Shown here piece by piece: positions 8,542 to 17,973 of a stretch of DNA of 64,000 bases. Each line of letters begins with the position of its first letter. Position 1 is the stretch's first letter. The position numbers were made by a program, and so were the translations under genes. Location: the IMG/VR virus record IMGVR_UViG_3300025450_001231. One strand, given 5' to 3'. The stretch is from a virus (lineage: Duplodnaviria > Caudoviricetes). The notes beneath the pieces are model-generated. The model was not told where the DNA came from, ran no database searches, and was given only the letters and a program-made list of their open reading frames with translations.

Positions 8542-8778
8542 GTGTTTGTAGTATACAAAGTCAAAACTGGTAAAACTATATCGGTCTACACCCGAGAAAG
8601 TAGTGCCAAATCTCGGGTTACAAAAAATAATCGCGAGCATTTGATGCAGTTGCTAAAAAACAACGGTGAAAGACTATTCTTTTCTTGGAATCGCAAAGAC
8701 GAGTGGGCCTACTGTAGTTATACAGATTATGCTCCGATTTTTTACGAATTTCATAAGAAAAATCCAGGAATTTTTTAA
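8542..8778 (+). CDS. hypothetical protein
   Basis: GTG start after AAGGA. Confidence 0.6.
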   Translation: MFVVYKVKTGKTISVYTRESSAKSRVTKNNREHLMQLLKNNGERLFFSWNRKDEWAYCSYTDYAPIFYEFHKKNPGIF

Positions 8779-8796
8779 TCTGTTGCACAAATACAA

Positions 8797-8825
8797 CAGA
8801 CAATAATTCAAGAGTATTGTATAAT
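8797..8825 (+). promoter_or_regulatory. sigma70-like promoter
   Basis: CAGACA-N17-TATAAT(8820-8825). Confidence 0.55.
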
Positions 8826-8856
8826 ACATTTTTAACGCAACAAAAAGGAGAAAGTT

Positions 8857-9966
8857 ATGGCTAAAGATAGTATCAGCGAACACCGCACAGTGACCTCAGA
8901 AACAGGTCGTCGTGCTATTATTAAATGTTTCCAAAAACAACGTCCAGTGTTTCTTTGGGGTCCTCCCGGCATTGGTAAATCAGAAGTTGTGGCAAGTATT
9001 GCTGCAGAAATGAAAGGTGCAATGATTGACCTTCGTCTTGCACAAATGGAGCCCACAGATCTGCGCGGTATTCCATATTTTAACAAAGACCTAGGTCTTA
9101 TGGATTGGGCGGCTCCCATTGATTTGCCCGATGCAGAATTTGCCAGCAAATATCCTGTCGTGGTACTTTTCTTAGATGAAATGAACTCTGCGGCACCCAG
9201 CATTCAAGCAGCTGCATATCAGTTGATTTTGAATCGTAGAATTGGTAAGTATCACCTGCCTGACAATGTGGTAGTTATTGCCGCTGGTAATAGAGAGTCG
9301 GATAAAGGTGTTACTTATCGTATGCCTGCTCCGTTGGCTAATCGTTTTGTTCACTTGGAAATGCGTCCAGATCACGCTGCCTGGGAACAATGGGCTGTGT
9401 TGAATCAAATTCACAAAGATGTTGTGGGCTATGTAGGTTTTGCCAAACAAGACTTATATGACTTTGATCCCCGTAGCTCAAGTCGTAGTTTTGCTACACC
9501 ACGTTCGTGGACTTTTGTTAGTGAGTTGTTGGCAGATGACGACTGTACTGACAGTGAGTTAACTGACTTGGTAGCAGGTGCAGTTGGTGAAGGTGTTGCA
9601 GTTAAGTTTATGGCACACCGCAAGATTGCTGGACAATTGCCCAAGCCCAGTGAAATCCTTAAAGGTAAAGTACACGAGCTTAAAATCAAAGAAGTTAGTG
9701 CTATGTATTCTTTGGTTATTAGTATGTGTTATGAGCTTAAGGATGAAGCTGGTAAGAATGGCGGCAAGCCAACTACAGAATGGCACGAAATGGCCGATAA
9801 CTTCTTTAAGTTTATGATGGATAATTTCACCACAGAACTTACTGTTATGGGCGCTCGTGTTGCATTGACTACTTATGCACTACCGTTTATCCCTGGTAAG
9901 CTCAAACACTTTGATGAGTTCCACAAGCGTTTCGGTAAGTACATTGTGGCGGCAAGCCAAAAGTAA
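8857..9966 (+). CDS. MoxR-type AAA+ ATPase
   Basis: Walker A GPPGIGKS, Walker B LFLDEMN, VIAAGNR, PLANRF, ATPRSW. Confidence 0.88.
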   Translation: MAKDSISEHRTVTSETGRRAIIKCFQKQRPVFLWGPPGIGKSEVVASIAAEMKGAMIDLRLAQMEPTDLRGIPYFNKDLGLMDWAAPIDLPDAEFASKYPVVVLFLDEMNSAAPSIQAAAYQLILNRRIGKYHLPDNVVVIAAGNRESDKGVTYRMPAPLANRFVHLEMRPDHAAWEQWAVLNQIHKDVVGYVGFAKQDLYDFDPRSSSRSFATPRSWTFVSELLADDDCTDSELTDLVAGAVGEGVAVKFMAHRKIAGQLPKPSEILKGKVHELKIKEVSAMYSLVISMCYELKDEAGKNGGKPTTEWHEMADNFFKFMMDNFTTELTVMGARVALTTYALPFIPGKLKHFDEFHKRFGKYIVAASQK

Positions 9967-9974
9967 AAGTTATT

Positions 9975-10016
9975 GGGGCAGAGAGTTTTCCTCCTCCTTT
10001 CTCTCTCGTAAGTCCT
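9975..10016 (+). other. intergenic stem-loop with a CU-rich loop and a CGTAA bulge
   Basis: GGGGC/GTCCT and AGAGAG/CTCTCT helices; loop TTTTCCTCCTCCTTT. Confidence 0.5.
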
Positions 10017-10026
10017 CGATTTTATT

Positions 10027-10329
10027 ATGCAATTAAATAAATTAGATGGCAGGCATTCCGGAAAAACGTGGTTTTCACACTATGTTAATTCCTCTCCTAC
10101 TTTAAGTGCCCGTGAAATTCGAATACAAGAATTCATAAATTGGAGAAACTGGTGTCAAGAAACATTTGGACCAGGTTGTGAAAGAAATTGGGCCACTAAT
10201 TATCGAGTGGTACACGGTGTTGCTCCTCGATGGGGATGGATCACAGATGAGCGCATTGTAGGCACTTTCCCAAGATTATATTTGGCTACAGAAGCAGAAG
10301 TGTCGCTTTTTACACTAAAATGGGGTTGA
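10027..10329 (+). CDS. hypothetical protein
   Basis: 100-aa ORF ending FTLKWG. Confidence 0.65.
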   Translation: MQLNKLDGRHSGKTWFSHYVNSSPTLSAREIRIQEFINWRNWCQETFGPGCERNWATNYRVVHGVAPRWGWITDERIVGTFPRLYLATEAEVSLFTLKWG

Positions 10330-10354
10330 TGGTAATTCAATTCCCTGTTATAAT
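10326..10354 (+). promoter_or_regulatory. sigma70-like promoter
   Basis: TTGATG-N17-TATAAT(10349-10354) with a TG extended -10. Confidence 0.7.
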
Positions 10355-10376
10355 TGTATTTTAAGGAGCAGAAATT

Positions 10377-11651
10377 ATGGCAACTCAAACAACCAGTAAC
10401 GAAAAAACTAAAAAATCCCGTATCAAAGAAACTACAGATCCCGCATTGGATCGTTTGATTCGTGAAAAATTGGTTACTGCTCGAATTGGACTTTTGCTCA
10501 GAGCACCATTCTTTGGTAACTTGGCAACTCGTTTGGAATTGATTAATGCAGACGCTTGGTGTGATACTGCTGCTACCGACGGTCGCAAGTTTTATTACAA
10601 TACAGAATTTATCAATGGTCTCAAACCTAAAGAAGTAGAATTCTTATTTGGTCACGAAGTGTTGCACAATGTTTATGATCATATGGGCCGTAACGGTGAT
10701 CACAGAGATCGTCGATTGTTTAATTGTGCCGCAGACTATTGTGTTAATGCAGATTTGCTTGAACAAAGAATTGGCGACAAAATTACTCCTTGCTTGTATG
10801 ATCCAAAATACAAAGGTTGGAGTGCTGAAGAAGTCTATGATGACTTATACGACAAGGCAGAAAAAATCGACATCGGCGCACTAATGGACCAATTGCTAGA
10901 CGAACATATGGACGGTGATGATGGAGAAGGCGAAGGTGAGGGTGACGGTGATGGTAACGATCGTCCACGTTTGAGTGCTGCAGACCGCCAGGCCGTCAGA
11001 GACGAGATTCGTGAAGCAGTATTACAAGCCGCACAGGCTACAGGGGCAAGTAACTTGCCGTCAGGTGTAAAACGCCTTATTAAGGATCTAACTGCTCCTG
11101 TTGTCGACTGGCGTGAACTGTTAGAGCAACAGATTCAAAGTACAGTTAAAGATGACTTCAGCTGGATGCGTCCCAATCGTCGCAGTTGGCATATGGATGC
11201 TATTATGCCTGGTATGAAACCCGGTACACAAATTGATGTGTGTATTGCTATTGATACTTCGGGCAGTATCGGCGAGGACGATATCAAAGCATTTATGACT
11301 GAGATCAAAGGTATTATGGAAGCATATGATGAGTATAAAATACAAGTGTGGAGTTTCGACACAAGTGTATACAATCATAAAACATATACTAGCGATACGC
11401 TAACGGACATTTTGACTTACGAACCCCAAGGTGGGGGCGGTACAGACTTTGAAGTCAATTGGGTTTATATGAAAGAAAATCAAATTGAGCCTAAGAAGTT
11501 TATTATGTTTACAGACGGATGCCCATTTGGTTCGTGGGGTGACCCAGACTACTGTGACACAGTATTTGTTATCAAAGGCAACGAGCGAGCTGAGCCACCA
11601 TTTGGTGTTTGGGCAATTTATGAACAAGCAAAAGAAAAGGCCAAAGCATAA
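10377..11651 (+). CDS. HExxH metallopeptidase-like plus vWA domain protein (partner of the AAA+ ATPase)
   Basis: TAATDG, LFGHEVLH, FNCAADYCVN; vWA MIDAS IAIDTSGSI, GGGGTDF, MFTDG. Confidence 0.85.
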   Translation: MATQTTSNEKTKKSRIKETTDPALDRLIREKLVTARIGLLLRAPFFGNLATRLELINADAWCDTAATDGRKFYYNTEFINGLKPKEVEFLFGHEVLHNVYDHMGRNGDHRDRRLFNCAADYCVNADLLEQRIGDKITPCLYDPKYKGWSAEEVYDDLYDKAEKIDIGALMDQLLDEHMDGDDGEGEGEGDGDGNDRPRLSAADRQAVRDEIREAVLQAAQATGASNLPSGVKRLIKDLTAPVVDWRELLEQQIQSTVKDDFSWMRPNRRSWHMDAIMPGMKPGTQIDVCIAIDTSGSIGEDDIKAFMTEIKGIMEAYDEYKIQVWSFDTSVYNHKTYTSDTLTDILTYEPQGGGGTDFEVNWVYMKENQIEPKKFIMFTDGCPFGSWGDPDYCDTVFVIKGNERAEPPFGVWAIYEQAKEKAKA

Positions 11652-11929
11652 TGCTTAAACACGGAGAAATCAATCCGTTAAATGTGTTTGGGTTAAGGGA
11701 GGTCGACCATCTCCCTCCCCATTTTTCTCAAGTACCGTTTAATATCAGCACTACAGAAAAACATATCAAAGACTGGATATACGAAAACTTAGAAGGTCGA
11801 TTTTGGTTAGGTGACATTTATAATTCTTCCGGTAAAACAGCAGAAATGCACAAGTGTGCGGCCTTTGAAGTTCACAGTGAAGCGTCTTATTTTAGTTTAT
11901 TATTAGACCAAATCAACAAGTGGGAATAA
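11651..11929 (+). CDS. hypothetical protein
   Basis: Stop/start overlap (TAATG) with the vWA gene. Confidence 0.7.
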   Translation: MLKHGEINPLNVFGLREVDHLPPHFSQVPFNISTTEKHIKDWIYENLEGRFWLGDIYNSSGKTAEMHKCAAFEVHSEASYFSLLLDQINKWE

Positions 11930-11990
11930 AAAATTTCGTACCTGACAAAATAGAGTAAATATTTGTACATTAATTAATGGAGTATATATA

Positions 11991-12308
11991 ATGTCAGACG
12001 ATATCCAAACAACACCAGATACAGCAGAAGCTGCACCTGCACAAACCCAAATTCAATTACCTATCAATGATATGGTAGTAGCACTTCAAGCAATTCAATT
12101 GGCTTCTCAACGTGGTGCATATCAACCAGGCGATTTTTCTAGCATTGGCGGTTCTTATGAAAGAATTTTTAACTTCTTAGTAAGCGTCGGCGCAGTTGGA
12201 GCTCCTGAAGCTACACAAGAAGCAACTGAAGAAACTGCACCAGAAACTACCTCGGATGTTCCTGTAGATGCAGCACCTGTAGCAGATAGCACAGTAGCAC
12301 CACAATAA
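11991..12308 (+). CDS. hypothetical protein with Ala/Thr/Glu-rich termini
   Basis: GGAG RBS and TAAATA upstream; core ALQAIQLASQRGAY. Confidence 0.7.
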   Translation: MSDDIQTTPDTAEAAPAQTQIQLPINDMVVALQAIQLASQRGAYQPGDFSSIGGSYERIFNFLVSVGAVGAPEATQEATEETAPETTSDVPVDAAPVADSTVAPQ

Positions 12309-12327
12309 GCAATTCAAGGATAATATC

Positions 12328-13020
12328 ATGATCAAACACGTAGGTAAACACAACAACAAAAAATGTATTCTATTATTCAGAACCGTTCCAGGCGAACCAC
12401 ATATGTGCTTGGTCATTTATCCTGACACACTTCCACGTCATATCCATGATGATATCATGACTGCTTTGGAATCTGAAAGCGGCCAACAAGCCAAAGAGTT
12501 CAGTGATTATTTGTTCAGAGTCACACTAAGCGATGGCAACAACGCATTGGAAACTCTACACAAAGAACAAATGATTAAGAAAGTCCCAACTAACCAAGTT
12601 ATCGTTACACCAAATGTAAAGAGTACTGTTAGATTAGACGAACTTAACAGCATCCTTGACAAGATGTCTGCGGGCGAAGAAGCCGTTAAAGAAATGGCCG
12701 ATTTGGACAATGCTGCCGGGATGACTGGCAAACGTAGAGTTCAAGAAGGTCGTACTCCAGGTGAAGTTCGAGTGCCTCGCGAAAGTCGCAGCCAACCTGC
12801 AGTAGTACCAAACACACCGGTTGATTTGACTGAAGTGTTAACAGATGAACAGCTAGCTCAACAAAGATTAGCACAGGCTCAAAAAATGACGGCAGATGCC
12901 AAGGCTTTACTAGCCGAAGCAGATCGTTTGCAGAAAGAAGCAACTGCACTAACTGGTACTAAAAAAGAAAATGGCACAAGAAAAACCAAAAAAACCAAAG
13001 TCGAAAAAGCTGACGCTTAA
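12328..13020 (+). CDS. hypothetical protein
   Basis: 230-aa ORF starting MIKHVGKHNNKK. Confidence 0.8.
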   Translation: MIKHVGKHNNKKCILLFRTVPGEPHMCLVIYPDTLPRHIHDDIMTALESESGQQAKEFSDYLFRVTLSDGNNALETLHKEQMIKKVPTNQVIVTPNVKSTVRLDELNSILDKMSAGEEAVKEMADLDNAAGMTGKRRVQEGRTPGEVRVPRESRSQPAVVPNTPVDLTEVLTDEQLAQQRLAQAQKMTADAKALLAEADRLQKEATALTGTKKENGTRKTKKTKVEKADA

Positions 13021-13306
13021 TCCAAAGACAACTTGGAAAAATATTCTTAAGGACGTTGACAAACAAGAAGTACCAATACACGTATTAGAAAAACTAATGG
13101 TGTATCTTAAAGACGGAACTATTATTACTGTAGATATTAAAAAATTATTAAGCGAAGGAGCGGATCCTACAGAAGTAGAAGATCACGTACAATCCAGACT
13201 TACTGATTTAGATATGTACATCGACAACGTTGACTTTTTTGTGGATATTGATCTAGTAGAGCGTACAGTACAACCAGAGACAGATAGAATATTATCAAAA
13301 TTATGA
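12971..13306 (+). CDS. hypothetical protein
   Basis: 111-aa ORF overlapping both neighbours. Confidence 0.7.
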   Translation: MAQEKPKKPKSKKLTLNPKTTWKNILKDVDKQEVPIHVLEKLMVYLKDGTIITVDIKKLLSEGADPTEVEDHVQSRLTDLDMYIDNVDFFVDIDLVERTVQPETDRILSKL

Positions 13307-13809
13307 TCAAGGCAATTTTTGCTGTAGATTATTGGGGTGGAATGGGCTTTAACGGTACACTACCGTGGCCCAGTCATTCCGAAGATTTACAATACTTCAA
13401 AGAACAAACACAGGGACATATAGTCATAATGGGTCGTAAGACCTGGGATGATCCCAAGATGCCTAAGCCGTTGGCCGACAGGACTACTTACGTAGTTACC
13501 AATAGGCCTTTATTTGGTCACGGTGTAAAAACAATTCGAGGTGACATAGCTGAACGTGTTAAAAATATACAAGCAGAAAATCCCACCAAGACTGTTTGGA
13601 TTATAGGTGGGCCAGATATTTTAATGGCCACAAAAGATATTGTGCAAGAAGCACATATTACGCATTTCAAAACTCAATGTAGAGTAGATGTTCAAATTGA
13701 CTTGAGAAAGTATTTGAGCTTATTCAGAGCAACAGGTGCAGCTCCTAGTACTGATAGGAAGTGTAACTGGACTACTTACAAAAACATCAATCCTTTTAAT
13801 TCATATTAA
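13303..13809 (+). CDS. frd: dihydrofolate reductase
   Basis: AIFAVD..GGMGFNGTLPW..HSEDLQYFK, VIMGRKTWD, PLADR, WIIGG. Confidence 0.9.
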   Translation: MIKAIFAVDYWGGMGFNGTLPWPSHSEDLQYFKEQTQGHIVIMGRKTWDDPKMPKPLADRTTYVVTNRPLFGHGVKTIRGDIAERVKNIQAENPTKTVWIIGGPDILMATKDIVQEAHITHFKTQCRVDVQIDLRKYLSLFRATGAAPSTDRKCNWTTYKNINPFNSY

Positions 13810-13812
13810 ATT

Positions 13813-14712
13813 ATGCAACAATATTTAACTGCGCTAGAGCAAGTATTAACCCAAGGCACGACTAAATCGGATAGAACCGGAACAGGAACTATTAGTTTAT
13901 TCGGTATGCAACAACGCTATGATCTCAGTCAAAGCTTTCCTGCAGTTACTACTAAAAAACTAGCGTGGCGTAGTGTTGTATCAGAGTTGTTGTGGTTTAT
14001 TGAAGGTTCAGGGGACGAACGACGCCTACGGGAAATCTTACACGGGGATAGAAACTCAGTGAAAGACACCATCTGGACTGCCAATGCCACAGCACCATAT
14101 TGGCAACCTCGAGCCAATTATGATGGAGACTTAGGTCGTATATACGGAGTACAGTGGAGGCACTGGAGGAAATATACAGAACAAAAAGATATGGGCCCTG
14201 CTCATTTAGGAGGTACCCGTGTTGCCGCAGATCGTTATGAAATAGATCAACTTGTACAGTTAATCGAAGGAATTAAAAGCGATCCCAACGGACGCAGACA
14301 TATATTAAGTGCGTGGAATCCTGGAGAGTTAGATCAAATGGCATTACCTCCTTGCCACGTATTTGCGCAGTTCTCTGTTACAGATGGCCGACTAAGTTGC
14401 CAAATGTATCAAAGAAGTTGTGATATGGTTTTAGGTGTACCTTTCAATATTGCCAGCTATTCCTTGCTTACGCATCTGATAGCTCAAGTGTGCGAATTAC
14501 AGGTAGGAGAGTTCGTTCACGTACTAGGCGACGCACACATATACCTAAACCATGTAGATCAGGCAAAAGAACAATTGAAGCGTGAACCCTTGCCTGCGCC
14601 ACAACTTTGGTTAAATCCTGATATTACTGATATCGATAAGTTTACTATGAGTGATATCCGACTGGATAATTATCAATCTCACAGTGCAATACACGCACCA
14701 ATGGCAGTATGA
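13813..14712 (+). CDS. thyA: thymidylate synthase (ThyA type)
   Basis: DRTGTGT, SELLWF, LGRIYGVQWR, MALPPCHVFAQF, YQRSCD..LGVPFNIASY, GDAHIYLNH. Confidence 0.95.
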   Translation: MQQYLTALEQVLTQGTTKSDRTGTGTISLFGMQQRYDLSQSFPAVTTKKLAWRSVVSELLWFIEGSGDERRLREILHGDRNSVKDTIWTANATAPYWQPRANYDGDLGRIYGVQWRHWRKYTEQKDMGPAHLGGTRVAADRYEIDQLVQLIEGIKSDPNGRRHILSAWNPGELDQMALPPCHVFAQFSVTDGRLSCQMYQRSCDMVLGVPFNIASYSLLTHLIAQVCELQVGEFVHVLGDAHIYLNHVDQAKEQLKREPLPAPQLWLNPDITDIDKFTMSDIRLDNYQSHSAIHAPMAV

Positions 14713-14963
14713 CAAAATTAGTTGTGCACAGTTTTACTATGTCTGACTGTGAAGATCCTGAGATTTATGCTGCTGAGCCAGTTTGGCAATGGCAACAAAC
14801 TGATGCAGGTCGATGGATTATGGAAAATAGTCGACCCGATCCCCAATGGACTGTAAGTCTCGACCATAGAACATATGGGTATCGAGTACATATTACTGCT
14901 AATTTAGAGCCCGATCTTGCTACTTACTGGGCCCTAAAGTGGGGAAATACTAGTAAGAATTAA
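14709..14963 (+). CDS. hypothetical protein
   Basis: ATGA overlap with thyA; contains YWALKWG near the C-terminus. Confidence 0.7.
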   Translation: MTKLVVHSFTMSDCEDPEIYAAEPVWQWQQTDAGRWIMENSRPDPQWTVSLDHRTYGYRVHITANLEPDLATYWALKWGNTSKN

Positions 14964-15136
14964 CCGCCACGTCCCGCAGCACGTTTTGTCGGTCTATTCA
15001 TTTGTACTTGTGGTTTGAATTTTGCAGCCTGTACTGCTGATGTTTTTGAACCTGGAACTTTTGGTTGCGCTGCAGCTGCTTTGGCTGCATTGGCCATATT
15101 AATAAATGGATTAGTTGATTTTTTCTGTTCAGTCAT
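14960..15136 (-). CDS. small basic Ala/Lys-rich protein (not in the ORF track)
   Basis: AGGAG RBS; translated by hand: MTEQKKSTNPFINMANAAKAAAAQPKVPGSKTSAVQAAKFKPQVQMNRPTKRAAGRGG. Confidence 0.7.
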   Translation of the reverse strand: MTEQKKSTNPFINMANAAKAAAAQPKVPGSKTSAVQAAKFKPQVQMNRPTKRAAGRGG

Positions 15137-15148
15137 TTTAGAATCTCC

Positions 15149-16555
15149 TTAAAAAATTCCTTGCCAAGTAGTTGAATTAGTTTTTGTACTTATGTTAGCA
15201 GGTCTCCAAGTAGTTGCATCTGTTTTAACATATACTGCAGTAACATTAGCCCACGTAGTTGCATCTGTTTTGACACGTATATTAGAACCAGTGGAAACAA
15301 CATTACCGCTACTACCTATTGCATTGGAATATATATTATACACTAAATCACTGTAAGGTGCACCCAATCCGGTTACCGGATCCCATCCTACAGTAGATGC
15401 ATAACCAATAATACTTACATTTGTATCATTGTTACCTGTTGTAATATCGTAGAAAGCAGTGGTATTACCGTAAAATAACGGTCCCAATGGTTGTGTTGGT
15501 CGTTTGCCTGTTAATGCTACATAACGTGCTATCATACCAGCCATCATTGGTGCGGCTGCACTGGTACCACCAAATCCGCCGATAGAACCATTCATATACA
15601 ATCCATAGGCATTCATGGGACCAGCTATGTCAGGCACACCTCTGTATGTTAGTGAAGTAGGACTACCTGTTGTATTTGTAGATGCTTGATAAGTTCTATA
15701 AGTAAGACCTGACTGCCAACTTGGCACTGGTACATAAGTACTCAATCCACCACCACCGCCCCAAGTAGTTGGAAATCCAGGATCAACTGCATGAGATTCT
15801 GGTACTTCACTTGCACGTACATTTCCTGTACCAAAAGATAAATGCGTTCCGCCTACACTTATTATGTTAGGGCTTGAGCCAGGGTATTGCACTTCTGTTA
15901 AAGGAGTACCGGTAGTTGGCTCCGATCCGTTGTCGCCTGATGCTACAACAACGGTTATGCCTTTTGCGGCTGCGTTGGCAAAAGTATTAGCAAGAAAATC
16001 ACCTAAATAATATGAAGTCCCGCTTTGAACTAACTTTTCAGCATACCCCCAACTAATACTAATAACATCAACATTATCGTCGATCGCTCTTTGGACTGCA
16101 TTTGCAAATCCTGTTGGATGCGCAGCATTATAACTTGCTGCATATACTGGATCTGCAAATAAACTTGGAAGAATTCCGCCTGATATATAAATTGAAATAT
16201 TAGCTGATGGAACTAATCCTGCCACGCAATATAAATCTAAAGTATTTTCTCCGCTGCCGTTATCTGATGGATTAAAAACACCAGATGCTCCATCGAGTAA
16301 AACTTTTCGTATGGTAGGAGCAGTCAAGCCTATGTCCGATAACGAACTATTAAGATCACTTTGTAAAAATCCACCACCCAAACTAATAACACCAACTTTT
16401 ACACCAGCGCCATTGCTAGCTGGCATATTATACGCAGTTGAGATCTGCGGAGGGGTCATCCCTGCATCTGCAACGTGAGTATAGTTGGGATCAGTGCCGT
16501 ATACAGTTAAGTAAGAATTTACATTGGCTTGGATTGATTGAATGGTATCACTCAT
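15149..16555 (-). CDS. sedolisin (peptidase S53) with C-terminal KTxxTTW repeats
   Basis: GENTLD (Glu/Asp), VASGDNG (oxyanion Asp), GGTSAAAP (Ser), RGVPDI, GWDPVTGLGAP. Confidence 0.88.
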   Translation of the reverse strand: MSDTIQSIQANVNSYLTVYGTDPNYTHVADAGMTPPQISTAYNMPASNGAGVKVGVISLGGGFLQSDLNSSLSDIGLTAPTIRKVLLDGASGVFNPSDNGSGENTLDLYCVAGLVPSANISIYISGGILPSLFADPVYAASYNAAHPTGFANAVQRAIDDNVDVISISWGYAEKLVQSGTSYYLGDFLANTFANAAAKGITVVVASGDNGSEPTTGTPLTEVQYPGSSPNIISVGGTHLSFGTGNVRASEVPESHAVDPGFPTTWGGGGGLSTYVPVPSWQSGLTYRTYQASTNTTGSPTSLTYRGVPDIAGPMNAYGLYMNGSIGGFGGTSAAAPMMAGMIARYVALTGKRPTQPLGPLFYGNTTAFYDITTGNNDTNVSIIGYASTVGWDPVTGLGAPYSDLVYNIYSNAIGSSGNVVSTGSNIRVKTDATTWANVTAVYVKTDATTWRPANISTKTNSTTWQGIF

Positions 16556-16557
16556 TT

Positions 16558-17946
16558 TTAACTATATTTAATCCAAATATCGCCAATAGCACCTTGCCCC
16601 GATGATGGTGCTGAACTACTTACAAATATGTTTCTAGTTTGGCTAGAAGTTACTACTGCATTTCCGCCGATATTAGCTTGAGTAGCAGTAACTGTACCAG
16701 TTATACTAATTCCGCCTGTACCAGTGATATTGTGGTTGTTCAAACTTAAACTGCCGCCCAATGAAGGATTGGTATCTTGTGAAACTGATGTTATGCCGGA
16801 CCCACCGCCGCCACCTGACGCTGTAATCCATTGTATTCCAGTTCCTGTAGAAGATAGTACTTGTCCACTTGTGCCAAGCGAATAATTGTTATCGATTATG
16901 CCTCTATTATTAAATATTGCAATATTACCATATACTGACAGATTTCCAAATACTGACGCATCCCCAAAAGAAGTGACAGTAAGACCGCTTATGCCACCAT
17001 AGACTTGTACGTTACCAGTACCACCAATACTATGATTAAATAAATTCAGATTCCCGCCAAGTCTTGGACACGTATCACAATGTAATCCTGATATCCCAGA
17101 ACCACCTGATGCCGTAGTCCACTGGACTCCAGTGCCTGTAGAAGATAGTACTTGTCCACTTGTGCCATATGAGAAACTATTATCTCTTATTCCGCCGCCG
17201 ATACCTAAGTTACCGCCAAATTGACCACCGCCCACTACTGATAATGCAACAGGTGCACTACTTAAAATAGTAGTTGCATTAGCTATATAACCGCCTGAGA
17301 ATGAGCCGCCACCGCTTGGGCCTGACGGTCCTTGCGGTCCTTGTGGTCCTTGTGCCCCAGACCCACCGCCGCCAGAAGAGCAAGACCATTGCACTCCGGT
17401 ACCTGTAGAAGTTAATACTTGTCCACTTGTACCATAATTACTACCTGCTTTGAGTGCGCCAGATACTTGTAGGTTTCCGCTAACACCAATATTACCAACA
17501 ACACTTAATCCTAGTGCTGCGCCAGATATAATAGTAATGGCAGATGTTACAATTCCGCCATTAAAAGTAGGACCGCTTGGTCCGCTTGGTCCTTGTGGTC
17601 CAGATACTCCCGATGGTCCGCTTGGTCCTTGTGGGCCAGACGCACCCGATGGTCCGCTTGGTCCTTGTGGTCCAGATACGCCTGATGGTCCGCTTGGTCC
17701 TTGTGGACCAGATGCACCCGATGGTCCGCTTGGGCCGGACGCACCCGATGGTCCTTGCGGTCCTCTAAGTCCAGTAGGACCTTGTGCGCCTTGCGGGCCT
17801 TGTGTTCCTGATATTGCGTGACCGCCCGCCGTGGTTCCGTCACCCATATAGAGTGTATAAGTGTCTGTCGCCCAGACCGGTTCACCTAACGCAGGGGTTA
17901 CGTTAGCTATTTGTGAAGCAGTGCCTTTTCTAAATTTTAATGCCAT
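16558..17946 (-). CDS. collagen-like tail fibre protein
   Basis: N-terminal KFRKGT...PALGEP major-tropism-determinant-like motif; G-X-Y repeats; C-terminal GDIWIKYS. Confidence 0.75.
   Translation of the reverse strand: MALKFRKGTASQIANVTPALGEPVWATDTYTLYMGDGTTAGGHAISGTQGPQGAQGPTGLRGPQGPSGASGPSGPSGASGPQGPSGPSGVSGPQGPSGPSGASGPQGPSGPSGVSGPQGPSGPSGPTFNGGIVTSAITIISGAALGLSVVGNIGVSGNLQVSGALKAGSNYGTSGQVLTSTGTGVQWSCSSGGGGSGAQGPQGPQGPSGPSGGGSFSGGYIANATTILSSAPVALSVVGGGQFGGNLGIGGGIRDNSFSYGTSGQVLSSTGTGVQWTTASGGSGISGLHCDTCPRLGGNLNLFNHSIGGTGNVQVYGGISGLTVTSFGDASVFGNLSVYGNIAIFNNRGIIDNNYSLGTSGQVLSSTGTGIQWITASGGGGGSGITSVSQDTNPSLGGSLSLNNHNITGTGGISITGTVTATQANIGGNAVVTSSQTRNIFVSSSAPSSGQGAIGDIWIKYS
17575..17760. repeat. 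~36-bp coding tandem repeats ([12 protein letters not shown])
   Basis: Repeated GGTCCGCTTGGTCCTTGTGG.CCAGA units. Confidence 0.8.
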
Positions 17947-17973
17947 TGCTGTATTCTCGAGTATATTTTATAT

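Noticed and set aside
8832-9817. Overlapping ORFs within the AAA gene (8832..9203, 9172..9450, 9429..9689, 9578..9817)
   Set aside because: Off-frame or antisense to a well-conserved ATPase, with no independent signals
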